The position numbers and the translations under genes are program-made. A DNA stretch of 64,000 bases from Comamonadaceae bacterium (GTDB lineage Bacteria > Pseudomonadota > Gammaproteobacteria > Burkholderiales > Burkholderiaceae_C), in NCBI GenBank assembly GCA_947375135.1, contig CANCER010000015.1, positions 7,142-71,141 of the forward strand, written 5' to 3'. Of the stretch, positions 51,010-62,100 are shown in pieces (within the stretch, counting starts at the first letter, position 1; each line of letters begins with the position of its first letter). The notes below the pieces were generated by a model. It was given only the letters and a program-made list of their open reading frames with translations. It did no database searches and was not told the DNA's origin.

Positions 51010-52092
51010 TCAGGTTCTACCCATGGCGATGGGGATGCGGCGCCGGCCAAACCCGCCGGCACTGGCGCCAAAGCGCCCTGCCACCGAAGTGCCGCAGTCC
51101 GGGCAACAGCCATTCGCGTTCACGCGGTACTGCAAGATGTCGAACCAGTCGCGCACGATCAAGGTCGCATGGCAGTTCGGGCAGAAGGTGGTGTCGCCCT
51201 CCTTGTGGTGCACGTTGCCGGTGTAGACGTGGTGCAGGCCCTGCTGCAGGGCGATGTCCCTGGCACGCACCAGCGTGGCAGCGGGCGTGGCCGGCACGTC
51301 CGGCATTTTGTAGGCGGGGCGAAAGGCCGAGAAGTGCAGCGGCACTTCCGGGCCCAGCTCCCGCATGATCCAGCGGCACAGGGCGGTGAGTTCAGGGTCC
51401 GAGTCGTTATGCCCCGGAATCAGGAGGGTGGTCATCTCGAACCAGACCCGGGTTTCGTGTTTCAGGTAAGTCAGCGTGTCGAGCACCGGCTGCAGGTGCG
51501 AACCGGTGAGCTTGAAATAGAAGTCGTCGGTGAAGGCCTTGAGGTCCACATTGGCCGCGTCGATGGTGGAGAAGAAGTCGCGCCGCGCCTGCGGGTGCAG
51601 ATAGCCCGCCGTCACGGCCACGGTCTGCAGGCCTTGCGCGTGGCAGGCATCGGCCACGTCCATGGCGTACTCGGCAAAGATGACGGGGTCGTTGTAGGTG
51701 AAGGCCACGCTTTTGCAGCCTTGCTGCACGGCAGCGGCGGCAATGGCTTCGGGCGATGCCTGGTCCATCAATCGGTCCATGTCGCGGGACTTGCTGATGT
51801 CCCAGTTCTGGCAGAACTTGCAGGTGAGGTTGCAGCCCGCTGTGCCAAAAGAGAGCACGCTGCTGCCGGGGTAAAAGTGGTTCAGCGGCTTCTTCTCGAT
51901 CGGATCTACGCAAAAGCCCGACGAGCGCCCGTAGGTGGTGAGCACCATCTGCGCGCCCTGGCGCATGCGCACAAAGCAGGCGCCGCGCTGGCCCTCATGC
52001 AGGCGGCAGTCGCGCGGGCACAGGTCGCATTGCATGCGGCCGTCTTCCAGCAGGTGCCAATAGCGTGCGGGGTAGTCAGATTCCTGGGTCAT
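51010..52092 (-). CDS. amrS: AmmeMemoRadiSam system radical SAM enzyme
   Basis: CDLCPRDC, DPIEKKPL, GCNLTCKFCQN, AFTYNDP. Confidence 0.95.
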   Translation of the reverse strand: MTQESDYPARYWHLLEDGRMQCDLCPRDCRLHEGQRGACFVRMRQGAQMVLTTYGRSSGFCVDPIEKKPLNHFYPGSSVLSFGTAGCNLTCKFCQNWDISKSRDMDRLMDQASPEAIAAAAVQQGCKSVAFTYNDPVIFAEYAMDVADACHAQGLQTVAVTAGYLHPQARRDFFSTIDAANVDLKAFTDDFYFKLTGSHLQPVLDTLTYLKHETRVWFEMTTLLIPGHNDSDPELTALCRWIMRELGPEVPLHFSAFRPAYKMPDVPATPAATLVRARDIALQQGLHHVYTGNVHHKEGDTTFCPNCHATLIVRDWFDILQYRVNANGCCPDCGTSVAGRFGASAGGFGRRRIPIAMGRT

Positions 52093-53468
52093 GGCGGGCC
52101 TTGCGGTTGCGGTTGCGGTTCGCTGAATGGATGCACGGTGTAGCGCTGCAGCGTGACGTCAGGGGCCCAGAAGTCTGCGGGCAGTCCGGCCTTGCGTTTG
52201 AGCTGCGCCATGAACTGCACAGCCTCAGGCAACTGCTCCCAGACCTGTGGCAAAAAGGTGCTGCGGTGACGGCCATATTCCAGCACCACCCCATCCACGC
52301 CGGGACGCAGCTGCGCCAGTGCCTCGGACTCGCTGGCAAACACCAGGGGCTGCAAGGCGGACAGCAGGGAGACCTCGATCTGGGTGGCGTCCAGCTCCTG
52401 CGCCGTCAGCGGGGCAAAGCGCGGGTCATGCAGCGCAGCGGCTACGGCGTTGGCCTTGACATCGGCCAGCAGGGAGCGACGCGCTTGCAGGCTGCCGATA
52501 CAGCCACGCAAGCGGCCCTGCCGGGTCAAGGTCACAAAGCTCGCACCCTCCTGCTGCAGCCAGGGCGCATCTACTGCGGCCACGGGCTTGCGCCCCAGGG
52601 CCTGCGCAATGGCCGCACGGGCAATGGGCAGCAAGACGCGGGCCTGTTCCTGTTCCGAGGGCAAGGCCTGGACCTCTGTGAAGGCGACAGACGCGTAGCC
52701 CACCACCCGCTCCTTGTCGCCGGCCGTATCGCCCGAATTGCACAGCCCCAGAAGCCGGGCTTGCAGTGCATGCCGTTGCGCCGCCAGCAGCAGGCCGTTC
52801 ACGGGCGTGGCGCCGCAGGCCTGCTGGTGGTTGAGCGAAGCATCCAGCTGCAGGATGTGTTCGACGGTGTCCCGGTCCATGGCCTGCGCCGCCTGGCTGG
52901 GCAGGTAGTGGGAGAGGTCCGAGCTGATCACCAGCAGCGTTTCCGGCCCGCCCCACAAGATGTCCAACACCTGCGCCACTTCCGCCGCACTGGCGTGACC
53001 CACCACCAGCGGCACCAGTTTGAAGTCCTCCAGCACCGCCTGCAAAAACGGCAGTTGCACTTCCAGCGCGTGCTCCTGGGCGTGCACGGCCGCGCTCACC
53101 ACCACCTGCGGCAGCCGGGCGATGGCCTGCATGGCCTGCAGGTCCAGCGCGACCTCCCCCAGGGGGGTAGCGAACGCCTCCACACCAGGGAGCGCCAAGC
53201 CACGCACCGCCACGCGGTGGGCGGGGCCCAGCAGCACCACGCGCCGTATGACGCTGCGCTTGGCCGCCAATTGCGCATAGGCCCGTGCGGCGGTACTGCC
53301 CGAATAGACGTAACCCGCATGGGGCACGATGAGGGCCTTGGGCGCTTCACGCGCCACCTGCGTATCGGGCGCTGCCGCAGCCAGCAGGGTCTGCACGGCG
53401 CGCAGCAGAGTGTCCCTTGGGCCTGGATAAAAGGCGCCGGCAACGGCGGGTTGGCGAACAGCGTGCAT
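52089..53468 (-). CDS. amrB: AmmeMemoRadiSam protein B (MEMO) fused to protein A (AMMECR1)
   Basis: VRQPAVAGAFYP, PHAGY.YSG, EHALEVQLPF, SSDLSHY; C-terminal LRGCIG, DPRF, TFLPQVW. Confidence 0.93.
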   Translation of the reverse strand: MHAVRQPAVAGAFYPGPRDTLLRAVQTLLAAAAPDTQVAREAPKALIVPHAGYVYSGSTAARAYAQLAAKRSVIRRVVLLGPAHRVAVRGLALPGVEAFATPLGEVALDLQAMQAIARLPQVVVSAAVHAQEHALEVQLPFLQAVLEDFKLVPLVVGHASAAEVAQVLDILWGGPETLLVISSDLSHYLPSQAAQAMDRDTVEHILQLDASLNHQQACGATPVNGLLLAAQRHALQARLLGLCNSGDTAGDKERVVGYASVAFTEVQALPSEQEQARVLLPIARAAIAQALGRKPVAAVDAPWLQQEGASFVTLTRQGRLRGCIGSLQARRSLLADVKANAVAAALHDPRFAPLTAQELDATQIEVSLLSALQPLVFASESEALAQLRPGVDGVVLEYGRHRSTFLPQVWEQLPEAVQFMAQLKRKAGLPADFWAPDVTLQRYTVHPFSEPQPQPQGPP

Positions 53469-53510
53469 GAAGACCTCCAGGTGTTGTTCCGTGCCGTGTG
53501 AGGGTGCGGC

Positions 53511-54281
53511 TCAGCGCACCAGCCCCGGATACAAGCGCGCTGCAGTCAGCAGGAACGCCAGAAAGACACCGACCATCACGCCAAAGCTGGTGGACAGTGG
53601 GTACACGGCATGGCCACCGGTGATCATGGCGCCACGCAACGCGTCCACCAGATAGGTCAGCGGGTTCACCAGGGCAATCGCCTTGAGCCAGCCGGGCATC
53701 AGCTCAATCGGGTAGATGGCATTGGAGGCAAAAAACAGCGGCATGGTCAGCACCTGGCCTATGCCCATGAAACGCTCACGTGTCTTGACCACGCAGGCAA
53801 TCACCAGCGAGAAGGTGGAAAAAATGCAGGAGCCCAGAAACACGGCGACCGACACGGTGAGCATTCCCACCGGGTCCCAGCGGATGCCCACATGCAGCAA
53901 CAGCGCCACCAGGTAGACCACCACCGCCTGCACCAGGCCACGCAAGCCCGACGCAAAGGCCTTGCCCAGTACCAGCGCGCTGCGCGGTGCGGGTGTGACC
54001 AGCAGCTTGTGCACGATGCCCAGATCGCGCTCCCAAATGATGGCAATGCCATAGAAGATCGCGCTGAACAAAATGCTCTGCGCCAGAATGCCCGGCGCCA
54101 TGAAGTCCAGGTAACTGATGGCGCCTGTGGGAATGCCGCGCACCTTGCTGAAGACTTCGCCGAACACCGCCAGCCAGAGCACGGGCTGCACGGCGCGTGA
54201 GAACAGTTCCATGGGATCGCGCATGAGCTTGCGTATTTCGGCGCGGGTGACCGCAGTGGTGGCATAGACAAAATTGTTCAT
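53511..54281 (-). CDS. ABC-2 type transporter permease (DrrB-like)
   Basis: YLDFMAPGILAQ, NPLTYLVDALR. Confidence 0.9.
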   Translation of the reverse strand: MNNFVYATTAVTRAEIRKLMRDPMELFSRAVQPVLWLAVFGEVFSKVRGIPTGAISYLDFMAPGILAQSILFSAIFYGIAIIWERDLGIVHKLLVTPAPRSALVLGKAFASGLRGLVQAVVVYLVALLLHVGIRWDPVGMLTVSVAVFLGSCIFSTFSLVIACVVKTRERFMGIGQVLTMPLFFASNAIYPIELMPGWLKAIALVNPLTYLVDALRGAMITGGHAVYPLSTSFGVMVGVFLAFLLTAARLYPGLVR

Positions 54282-54284
54282 GCA

Positions 54285-55097
54285 CTACCCCAGCCGCCGC
54301 GCGGTGCCGCGCGTCTCCCGTACTTCACGGTAATGACCCCCCTGCTCCAGCTCCACGCCGCTGTAGGCCACAAACACATCACTCAGGCTGGCCTCCGGAC
54401 CCACCTGGCCCTTGAGCGCGTCCGGTGTGCCCACCACGGCGAGCCGGCCCTGGTGAAGAATGGCCAGTTGGTCGCACAGGTAATCGGCCTCCTCCATGTC
54501 GTGGGTGGTCAGGAGTATGGTCATGCCGGTGGCGGACTTGAGCTCCCTCAGGCGCTCCCACACACTCCTGCGTGCCATGGGGTCCAGGCCTATGGTGGGT
54601 TCATCCAGAAAAAGCACCTCCGGTCGGTGCACCGTGGCCTGGGCGACTTCCAGACTGCGGATCATGCCGCCCGAATAGGTTTTCACCAGATGCCCGGCCA
54701 CCGCCTCCAGCCCGGCAAAACGCAGTGCCTCGCGTATGCGCGCATCGCACTCGGCGCCGCGCAGGCCATAAAGACGTGCCGAAAGCTGCAGGTTCTCGGT
54801 GGCCGTCAGCGCGCCGTCGGCCGATAGCATTTGCGGTACGTAGCCAATGCGTTCGCGCACCCGCACGGGCTGAAGGGCCACGTCGTAGCCCGCAACCCGG
54901 GCAGAACCGGACGTGGCCTGCAACAGCGTGGTGAGGATCTTGATCGCAGTGCTCTTGCCCGCCCCGTTGGGGCCCAGCAGGCCAAAAATACAGGCGGCGG
55001 GAACGCGCAGGCTCAGCCCGTCCAAGGCGTGCATGTCCCCAAAACGCTTGCTCAGAGACTCGGTCTCTATCGCGTAAACGGCGGGCGCGTGGTCCAT
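54285..55097 (-). CDS. ABC transporter ATP-binding protein (DrrA-like)
   Basis: GPNGAGKS, YSGGM, LFLDEPTIGLD, TTHDM. Confidence 0.93.
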   Translation of the reverse strand: MDHAPAVYAIETESLSKRFGDMHALDGLSLRVPAACIFGLLGPNGAGKSTAIKILTTLLQATSGSARVAGYDVALQPVRVRERIGYVPQMLSADGALTATENLQLSARLYGLRGAECDARIREALRFAGLEAVAGHLVKTYSGGMIRSLEVAQATVHRPEVLFLDEPTIGLDPMARRSVWERLRELKSATGMTILLTTHDMEEADYLCDQLAILHQGRLAVVGTPDALKGQVGPEASLSDVFVAYSGVELEQGGHYREVRETRGTARRLG

Positions 55098-55220
55098 GGT
55101 TGAAGGGCTTGCATGGACCCTATTTTTAGTGCCCGTGCGCAGGGCGAGCTTGACAATTCGCAAGGTGCCGCCCGCGTCGCGCAGTCCAATGGGGATCTGT
55201 CGGTTTCACGGGATATTGCT

Positions 55221-56459
55221 ATGGAATGCATTGCACGCCTGCTCCGGGTTTCGTGGGTAGTCGCTCTGGCCCTGTTGTGTTTGCTACCCGCCGCGCAGGC
55301 GCAGGAAGCGTCCGTCGGCTCCGGCCCGGCCTTTAGCCAGCAGGAGCTCGATCAGATGCTCGCGCCCATCGCGCTGTATCCGGACAGTCTGTTGTCGCAA
55401 TTGCTCATGGCGGCCAGCTACCCGCTGGAAGTGGTTGAGGCGCAGCGTTGGGTCGTGGCCAACCCGGCGCTGACGGGAAGCGCTGCAGTGCAGGCTGTGG
55501 AGCACAACAGTTGGGATCCCAGCGTCAAGTCTTTGGTCGCTTTTCCGAGAATTCTGCAGACCATGGGCACCCAACTGGACTGGACACGGCGCCTGGGCGA
55601 TGCCTTCCTGGGGCAGCAGCAACAGGTCATCGACACAGTTCAGGCCTTGCGCAAAAAGGCCTATGCGGCGGGCAACCTGGTGTCCGGCGCACAGAGCCAG
55701 GTGAGCGTGGTGGACGACTACATCACGATCCTGCCCACCGACCCGCAGATTGCCTACGAGCCCTATTACGATCCCGCTTGGGTCTATGGCGCCTGGTGGT
55801 GGCCGCAGTATCCCCCCATGGCTTGGGCGCCGTGGCCCGGCTATGCCTATGGCACTGGATTGGGGCCGGGTCTGGTGTGGGGCGTGGGCGTGGCGGTGGC
55901 GGCGGACTTTCTCTTCGGCGCCTTTGACTGGCGTGGGCGCCATGTCACCGTCAACTACGCCCGCTTCCATGACAACCGCTTTGCGCACAGGGACGCGGGC
56001 ACAGGCCCTTGGGAACACAACCCCAACCACCGCCAGGGTGTTGCGTACAGCAAGCCTCCGCCTGCGGGCCACTTTGCAGCGCCGCTACCGGCACCCGAAG
56101 CGCGCCGCGACTTCCGGGGCTTCGAGCCCTTGCCCGTGCGTCCCGCACGGGCGGGCGGTTTTGCCCTACCGGCACCCGCGCGGGTGCGGCCCGTTGTGCC
56201 GCCACCGGCTCCTGCGTTCGCGGCTCCGGCGGTCCCTGCGCATGCGCCAAAACCCCTCGTGCCCGGCACGCCCCGGCCTCATGCATTTGAGAACATCGGG
56301 CAGGGTCGGGCCGTGCGTGATTTCAGCGCCAGAGGGCAAAGCAGTGTTCACCCCTTGCCACCGCCGGCCGTCTTGCCCTGCCCGCCCGGGGGGTGCAACC
56401 CCGGTGCGGGCCCTGGCCACCGCGCACCGGGCACGGACATCCCGCGCCCGCGCCACTAG
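55221..56459 (+). CDS. DUF3300 exported protein with Pro-rich tail
   Basis: ELDQMLAPIALYPDSLLSQ, WDPSVKSL. Confidence 0.88.
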   Translation: MECIARLLRVSWVVALALLCLLPAAQAQEASVGSGPAFSQQELDQMLAPIALYPDSLLSQLLMAASYPLEVVEAQRWVVANPALTGSAAVQAVEHNSWDPSVKSLVAFPRILQTMGTQLDWTRRLGDAFLGQQQQVIDTVQALRKKAYAAGNLVSGAQSQVSVVDDYITILPTDPQIAYEPYYDPAWVYGAWWWPQYPPMAWAPWPGYAYGTGLGPGLVWGVGVAVAADFLFGAFDWRGRHVTVNYARFHDNRFAHRDAGTGPWEHNPNHRQGVAYSKPPPAGHFAAPLPAPEARRDFRGFEPLPVRPARAGGFALPAPARVRPVVPPPAPAFAAPAVPAHAPKPLVPGTPRPHAFENIGQGRAVRDFSARGQSSVHPLPPPAVLPCPPGGCNPGAGPGHRAPGTDIPRPRH

Positions 56460-56524
56460 CGCAGTGCACACACGCGAGCGCAGTCCGGCACACCCGCATG
56501 GCTTTTCAACCTGGAGATCTGGCA

Positions 56525-57430
56525 ATGCACACTCTGGCAATAAAGGGTAACAACAGTGGGCGACGCAGGGCCCTACGCCCTTCGTGGGCGGGCCTGCTGG
56601 TGCTGGCGGCTGCAGCATGGGTACCGGTTAACGCGGCAACCCTGGCACCGGAATTTGCGACACCGGACGCTGCCGTTGCGGCCTTGGTGGCTGCCGTGCG
56701 CACCCACCGCACCATGCAGCTGCGTTCGATTCTGGGCCCGGGCAGCGGCAAGCTACTGCGCTCGGGTGACCCGACGGAAGACGCCATCAGCCAACACCGG
56801 TTTGTCGTGGCATACGACACGGCGCATAGCATCGTGTATCCGGAGAACGCCGCCGGTACGGCCGAGTTGCTCATTGGCCCTGCGGCTTGGCCTTTGCCGA
56901 TTCCCCTGGTCCAGGCGAAAAATGGCCGCTGGCACTTCAACACGGCCCGCGGTGCAGCGGAAATTCTGGCGCGGCGCATCGGACGAAACGAACTGTCGGC
57001 CATGCAGGTGTGTCTGGCCATCATCGATGCCGAGTACGCGTATGCGCAGCGCCATAGTTCCCCGGACGGCTTGGGTGAATACACCGCACGCATTCGCAGC
57101 AGCCCGGGCAAGCACGTGCCTTACCAGGGCTATTACTACAAAATCCTGACCGCCCAGGGCGCCAGCGCGCCGGGCGGGGCCTATGACTATGCGGTTCAGG
57201 GCAGGTTGGTAGGCGGCATTGCCGTCATGGCATACCCCGCGCGCTATGGCGCATCCGGTGTGATGAGCTTCATGGTGGACCAGAATCGCATCGTCTATGA
57301 AAGCAATCTGGGCCGGGCCACGGCCACCGCCGTGCAGGGTCTGAAGGCCTTCAATCCCGATGCCGGCTGGCGTGAAGTGCAGCCCCATCCGGACAGCGCG
57401 CATGATGGGCTACCCGGCCCGGGTTCTTGA
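56525..57430 (+). CDS. DUF2950 family protein
   Basis: WPLPIPLV, RRIGRNEL, PYQGYYYKIL, YGASGVMSF; follows DUF3300. Confidence 0.85.
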   Translation: MHTLAIKGNNSGRRRALRPSWAGLLVLAAAAWVPVNAATLAPEFATPDAAVAALVAAVRTHRTMQLRSILGPGSGKLLRSGDPTEDAISQHRFVVAYDTAHSIVYPENAAGTAELLIGPAAWPLPIPLVQAKNGRWHFNTARGAAEILARRIGRNELSAMQVCLAIIDAEYAYAQRHSSPDGLGEYTARIRSSPGKHVPYQGYYYKILTAQGASAPGGAYDYAVQGRLVGGIAVMAYPARYGASGVMSFMVDQNRIVYESNLGRATATAVQGLKAFNPDAGWREVQPHPDSAHDGLPGPGS

Positions 57431-57504
57431 CGTGCCCTGGGGTTTTACGCATGGAGTCCGGCGGGACTTGGTGCATTTTTCATACGCAACAAAGGAGTAT
57501 TTGC

Positions 57505-57942
57505 ATGTACAAGCAGCTATTGGTTCCCCTGGACGGGTCGCCCACCTCGGAGGCCGCCCTGACCCACGCCATTGCACTGGCACAGACCTGCGGCGCCGCC
57601 CTGTCTGTGATGATGGTGTTCGACCCCTTTCCCTACATTGCGGCCGCAGCTGAATACGGGAGTTACCAGGTGCAGCTGGCCGAAGACCTGCGCCTGGAGG
57701 CCGAGCAAACCGTGAATGCGGCCTGCACCCGCGCGCGCGCTGCGGGCTTGCAGGTGGTGCCCCACGTGGTCGAATTGCAGAAGGTATGGCAGGCCGTGCT
57801 CGACATCGCCCAGTCCGACAAGGCCGACCTGATCGTCATGGGTTCGCACGGGCGCAGCGGCCTGGACAAATTGGTCATGGGCAGTGTCACGCAGCGCGTG
57901 CTGCAGCACACCCAGCTGCCGGTGCTGGTGGTGCGCGCTTAA
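57505..57942 (+). CDS. Universal stress protein
   Basis: LLVPLDGS, DLIVMGSHGRSG..MGSVTQRVL. Confidence 0.93.
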   Translation: MYKQLLVPLDGSPTSEAALTHAIALAQTCGAALSVMMVFDPFPYIAAAAEYGSYQVQLAEDLRLEAEQTVNAACTRARAAGLQVVPHVVELQKVWQAVLDIAQSDKADLIVMGSHGRSGLDKLVMGSVTQRVLQHTQLPVLVVRA

Positions 57943-57969
57943 GGGCCCGCAGGGATTGCGGGCACACCC

Positions 57970-58725
57970 ATGAATACCAGCGTGCACTGGACCAGCACCG
58001 ATGCGATGCGCCCTACGCAATGCGCGGTGGGCTTTTTGGAAGTCGACTTGAAGATGCAGGAGTTGCGCGCGCGGGCGCGCAAGCCCGGCAATCTGGAGAA
58101 GTACCTGAAGGGGCATCCGATTCCTGCGGTGCGGGGGCCGGATTGCCGGATGTACCTGACGGACCACCACCACATGGGGCTGGCCTTGGTCCAACTGGCC
58201 GATGCGTGGGACGCCAGCGACAGCCCGGCCGCCGGCAACCCCTTTCGCGCCTGCGGCTTTCAGATCATCAAGGACTTATCCGACCATCAGAACCTGAGCA
58301 TGAAGCAGTTTTTCGCCAAGTTGGAGGAGCACCACCTGAGCCATCCCTTTGACGGTCGGGGCCAGCGGGTCAATACCCTGCCCAAGTACTTATCGGATCT
58401 GGTGGACGACCCCTACCGCAGCCTGGCGGGGCTGGCCCGCAAGGCGGGAGCGTATGACAAAGTCGATGTGCCATTTACAGAGTTCCTATGGGCGGACTAC
58501 CTGCGCGACAAGGTCCCTGCCCGGCTCCTCTGCAAGGAACACCTTGCTGCGGCCATTCAACAGGCGGTCGTATTGGCCCACCAGGCCGGCGCATCCGGTT
58601 TGCCCGGCTTTCATGGCGTCAAGCCCGTGGTGGAACTGGCGTCCTTGGCTGAGATCCAGGAAAGGCTGTCTACACGTTTTGGCGCGGACAACGCGGCTCC
58701 GGACTTGCCGCCGATCGTTCGATAA
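57970..58725 (+). CDS. ParB-like nuclease-fold protein (ParBc_2 type)
   Basis: RPTQCAVG, YLTDHHH, DDPYRSLAG, PFTEFLWADYLR. Confidence 0.8.
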   Translation: MNTSVHWTSTDAMRPTQCAVGFLEVDLKMQELRARARKPGNLEKYLKGHPIPAVRGPDCRMYLTDHHHMGLALVQLADAWDASDSPAAGNPFRACGFQIIKDLSDHQNLSMKQFFAKLEEHHLSHPFDGRGQRVNTLPKYLSDLVDDPYRSLAGLARKAGAYDKVDVPFTEFLWADYLRDKVPARLLCKEHLAAAIQQAVVLAHQAGASGLPGFHGVKPVVELASLAEIQERLSTRFGADNAAPDLPPIVR

Positions 58726-58755
58726 GCCACCCCGCAGCGAGCGGCCAGTGCCGCA

Positions 58756-59154
58756 TCACACGTTGCGCATCCAGTCGGCCGTCTGAAAAAATGACTCCTG
58801 CAGACGCGCGCGCAGCCCCTCGTGCACCGCCACCTCGCCCATGGCCTGGTTCATGCAGGCCAGCCACTGGTCGCGCTCCAGAATCCCGATCTTGAAGGGC
58901 ATGTGGCGCGCGCGCAGGCGCGGGTGGCCGAAGCGCTCCACATAGTGCTGCGGGCCGCCCATCCAGCCGCACAGAAACCAGTTCAACTTCTCGCGTGCAG
59001 AAGCCAGGTCCGGCCCGTGGGCTGCGCGCAGTTCGGCATAGCCGGGCTCCAGGTCCATCAGGTCATAAAAGCGCTCCACCAGCGCGTGGATGGCGGACTC
59101 GCCGCCCATCAAGGTGAAGGCGGTTTCGCCCTGCTGCTGCTCTTCATCACTCAT
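58756..59154 (-). CDS. Group II truncated hemoglobin
   Basis: LVERFYDLM, GGPQHY..FGHPRLRARHMPF, RDQWL. Confidence 0.93.
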   Translation of the reverse strand: MSDEEQQQGETAFTLMGGESAIHALVERFYDLMDLEPGYAELRAAHGPDLASAREKLNWFLCGWMGGPQHYVERFGHPRLRARHMPFKIGILERDQWLACMNQAMGEVAVHEGLRARLQESFFQTADWMRNV

Positions 59155-62100
59155 AGGTTCTCGCTTGAAAAATGCCGGGCGTTGAGGGTGCCCCGCCAAT
59201 CGCCCTCAAACACCATGTCGCAAACCAGGGTCTGGCCTTGGGCCACCAGCTCCAGCTCCCCTGCGCGCGCAAAGCGCTGGTCGGCATAGGCGCGGGTCAG
59301 GCGTTGCAACAGGGCGTGCTTGTACAGCGTGTCATCAGAGCCCTTCAACTGCAGGCCCTTGGTTTCCAGCACCACCAGTTTGCTGGCGCTGCCCTCGGCA
59401 ATGCGCGCAAACACAAAGTCCGGGTAGACCTTGTTGCGCTTCCAGCCCTGCAGGCCATATTGGGCCTTGGCCACATTGCGGTGCCACCACTGCAGGGCTG
59501 CTTTGCCATCCAGGTAACAGGCCACGTCGCGCTCCAGGCCGGAGTCGGTCAGCGCCGTCAAGGCGGGCTCAAACAGGCTCTTGGCGACTACGGTACCGTC
59601 GTCGTCGCGCACCAGGGGCTGCAGCTTGCCCGACAGTTCCTGCGCAAATTCGGCAGGGATTTCATAGTCCGTCGCATCCGCGCGCAGGCTGAACTCAATC
59701 TGGCCGCCGGCCACACACTGCTCAAACACCGCCTGGGCCAACCGGTCGCGCTCGCACTCCACATCCATGCGCAGGCGCTCCAGCAAAGAGGCACTGCTTA
59801 GTGCAATGGCCTCTTGCGCCAAACCCTGCGCCAACAGGCGCTGCACCACCGCCTCTACCCATTCCCACACGCACCAGGCGTTGGGCGCGATGTCCAGCAG
59901 CCCACGCACCAGCGCGGCGCGGTCCAGCACCGCCTCGCGCCACTCCGGCACACCGGCATCTGGCAATGCGGCGTCTTCCAGCAGGTCCAGACCCAGGGCA
60001 AAGCGCCGGCCCAAGGCGGCTTGTGCAGACGGGGCCCAGCCAGGCAGATCGCCCCGCGCGGCGCCCAGGCCAGCAACATCCAGCTGCGTCCAGTCAATGC
60101 GCGACAACACATCACTTTCATAAGCCAGTTCGCGCCGCTGCTTGGCGCCCGAGGCCTCGGTCTCCACCCACGTCACGCGCGGCAAAAAGACCCGCAATTG
60201 CGCGAACTGCGCACGGCGCTTGAAGTGCACCGGCTTGGGGGCAGCCGGGTCGGCCGCATCGCCATGCACCGCCAGGGCCAAGTCGCCCATCCCTTCGGTT
60301 TCCAGGGATTGTTTGATGGCCTTTACCACCTCACCCGTCTTGGCGTTGTAGCAAAGTACGTAGCAGGCATCCAGCGCCGGGCGGCCCGTCTTGGCCACAT
60401 GCGGCAGGCGCAAGATGCGCCCGGTCAGCTGCGTCATGGCGCGCACGTCTTTGCCCGCAGCCAGCGCGCACAGCACATAGGCGAAGGGGCAATCCCAGCC
60501 CTCTTGCAACGCCTGCTTGGTGATGATGGCGCGCACCTCGCATTGGGGACTCAGCAGGTCCAGGTTTTCGGGCGACTTGAGTTCGTCCTTGTCCGATGTC
60601 TTGATGGCAATCTGCGCGGGCGTAAAGCCCAGCTGCATCAGGTAGGCCTTGGCGTCTTCGGCGTGGATGAAGCCGCTGTCGCGCAAGTCCTTGCCCGTGC
60701 GCTCCACCTGCACCAGCAGCATGGGGCGTATGTAGCGGTTGGTCTCGGCGCGCAAGCCGGCCGCCTCGGCCTGCAACAGGTCGAGCTGCTGCACGCTGGC
60801 AGCCAGACAGCTTTGCCAGTCGGCCCAGCCGCGCATGTCCACGTTGATGGGCAGCTTGATCATCTCCGCACCATCCAGGTCGGTGCCGCGCACGTCCACC
60901 AGAATGTTGGAGCCCGACGCTGCATCACCCTTGGCCGCAGCCTTGCTCGCGTCTTTGGCACTCACCACCCGGGGCGTGGCCGACAGCTCCAGCATGAAGC
61001 AGGGGTTGAAGCCATCCAGCGTGCGCAAGGCATTCTCGGTGTAGGCGTGGTGCCCTTCGTCAATCACCACCATGGGGCGTACCAGCCGCAGCACATTGCC
61101 CAGCGAGCTTTTCACAATGCTGCCCTTGGTGGCGCGCGCCTCGGCCTGGCTGGTTCCCCAGGCGGTGTAAGCATCCAAATTGGGCACCGCGTTCAGCAGC
61201 TTCCAGTGCGCCTCAATGTCATCCTCGCGTGGCAGAAAGCCCAGCACGTTACCTCGATCCCTGAAGGCCTTGAGCTTGCGCTGCGCCTCGTCCTTGCGCG
61301 CGGCCGACTGCAGCATCAACAGCATCACGCACAGGTTGGAGTCCAGGTCCAGCCGCGTCAGGGGCGAGTCTTTTTCCAAAATCTTCACGCGCCCGGCGCC
61401 TGCCACATTCAGCATCTGCCGATACGGGTGGTCACGGTTGGCCAGCGTCTTCAAGGTCTGGCGGTAGATCGCCTCGTTGGGAACAATCCACAGCACCAGC
61501 CCGGCGTGGCGCTGCAGGTAGCTGCCAAACACCTGGCCCACGCTGGCCGCTGCCAGCAGGGTCTTGCCGCCACCCGTGGGCACCTTCAGGCAGACATTGG
61601 GCACGGCGCTGCCAGTGCCGTCAAAGCGACTGGAATAGGGCTGCTCGGCAAAGGCCTTGGGCAGCTTGCCGCTGGCCCTCAGCGCGGCCCATGTTTTCTT
61701 GGGGAAGTCACCTGCGTCACGCAGCACGTCTTCCATGCCCTCCATCGCCCGCAAGGCGGACTGGGCCGCCACCGTGTGGGCCTGGTGCTTTTTAAGTTCG
61801 GCCAGATAGGTGCCCAGTTGCTCCAGCACCTTGGTCTGAAATTCCTTGGGCTGCACGCTGCCCAGGTGGTGGCGCTCCACCGCATGGCGGCGGGGCTCCC
61901 AGAAGACCTTGCGGTCCTGCTCTATGCGGGCTCTGAATTCCGCACTGATTGGGTCTGCCAGATTCAGCACATCGGTGCGGTAGATCAGCTCCAGGTCTTC
62001 CACATCGGACGCAATGCCCACCGCATCCGAACCGGCCTCGTGCGCAAAGGCCAAGTCAATATCCGAGGTGCTGCGGTGATCGCCACGCGCCCTGGAGCCA

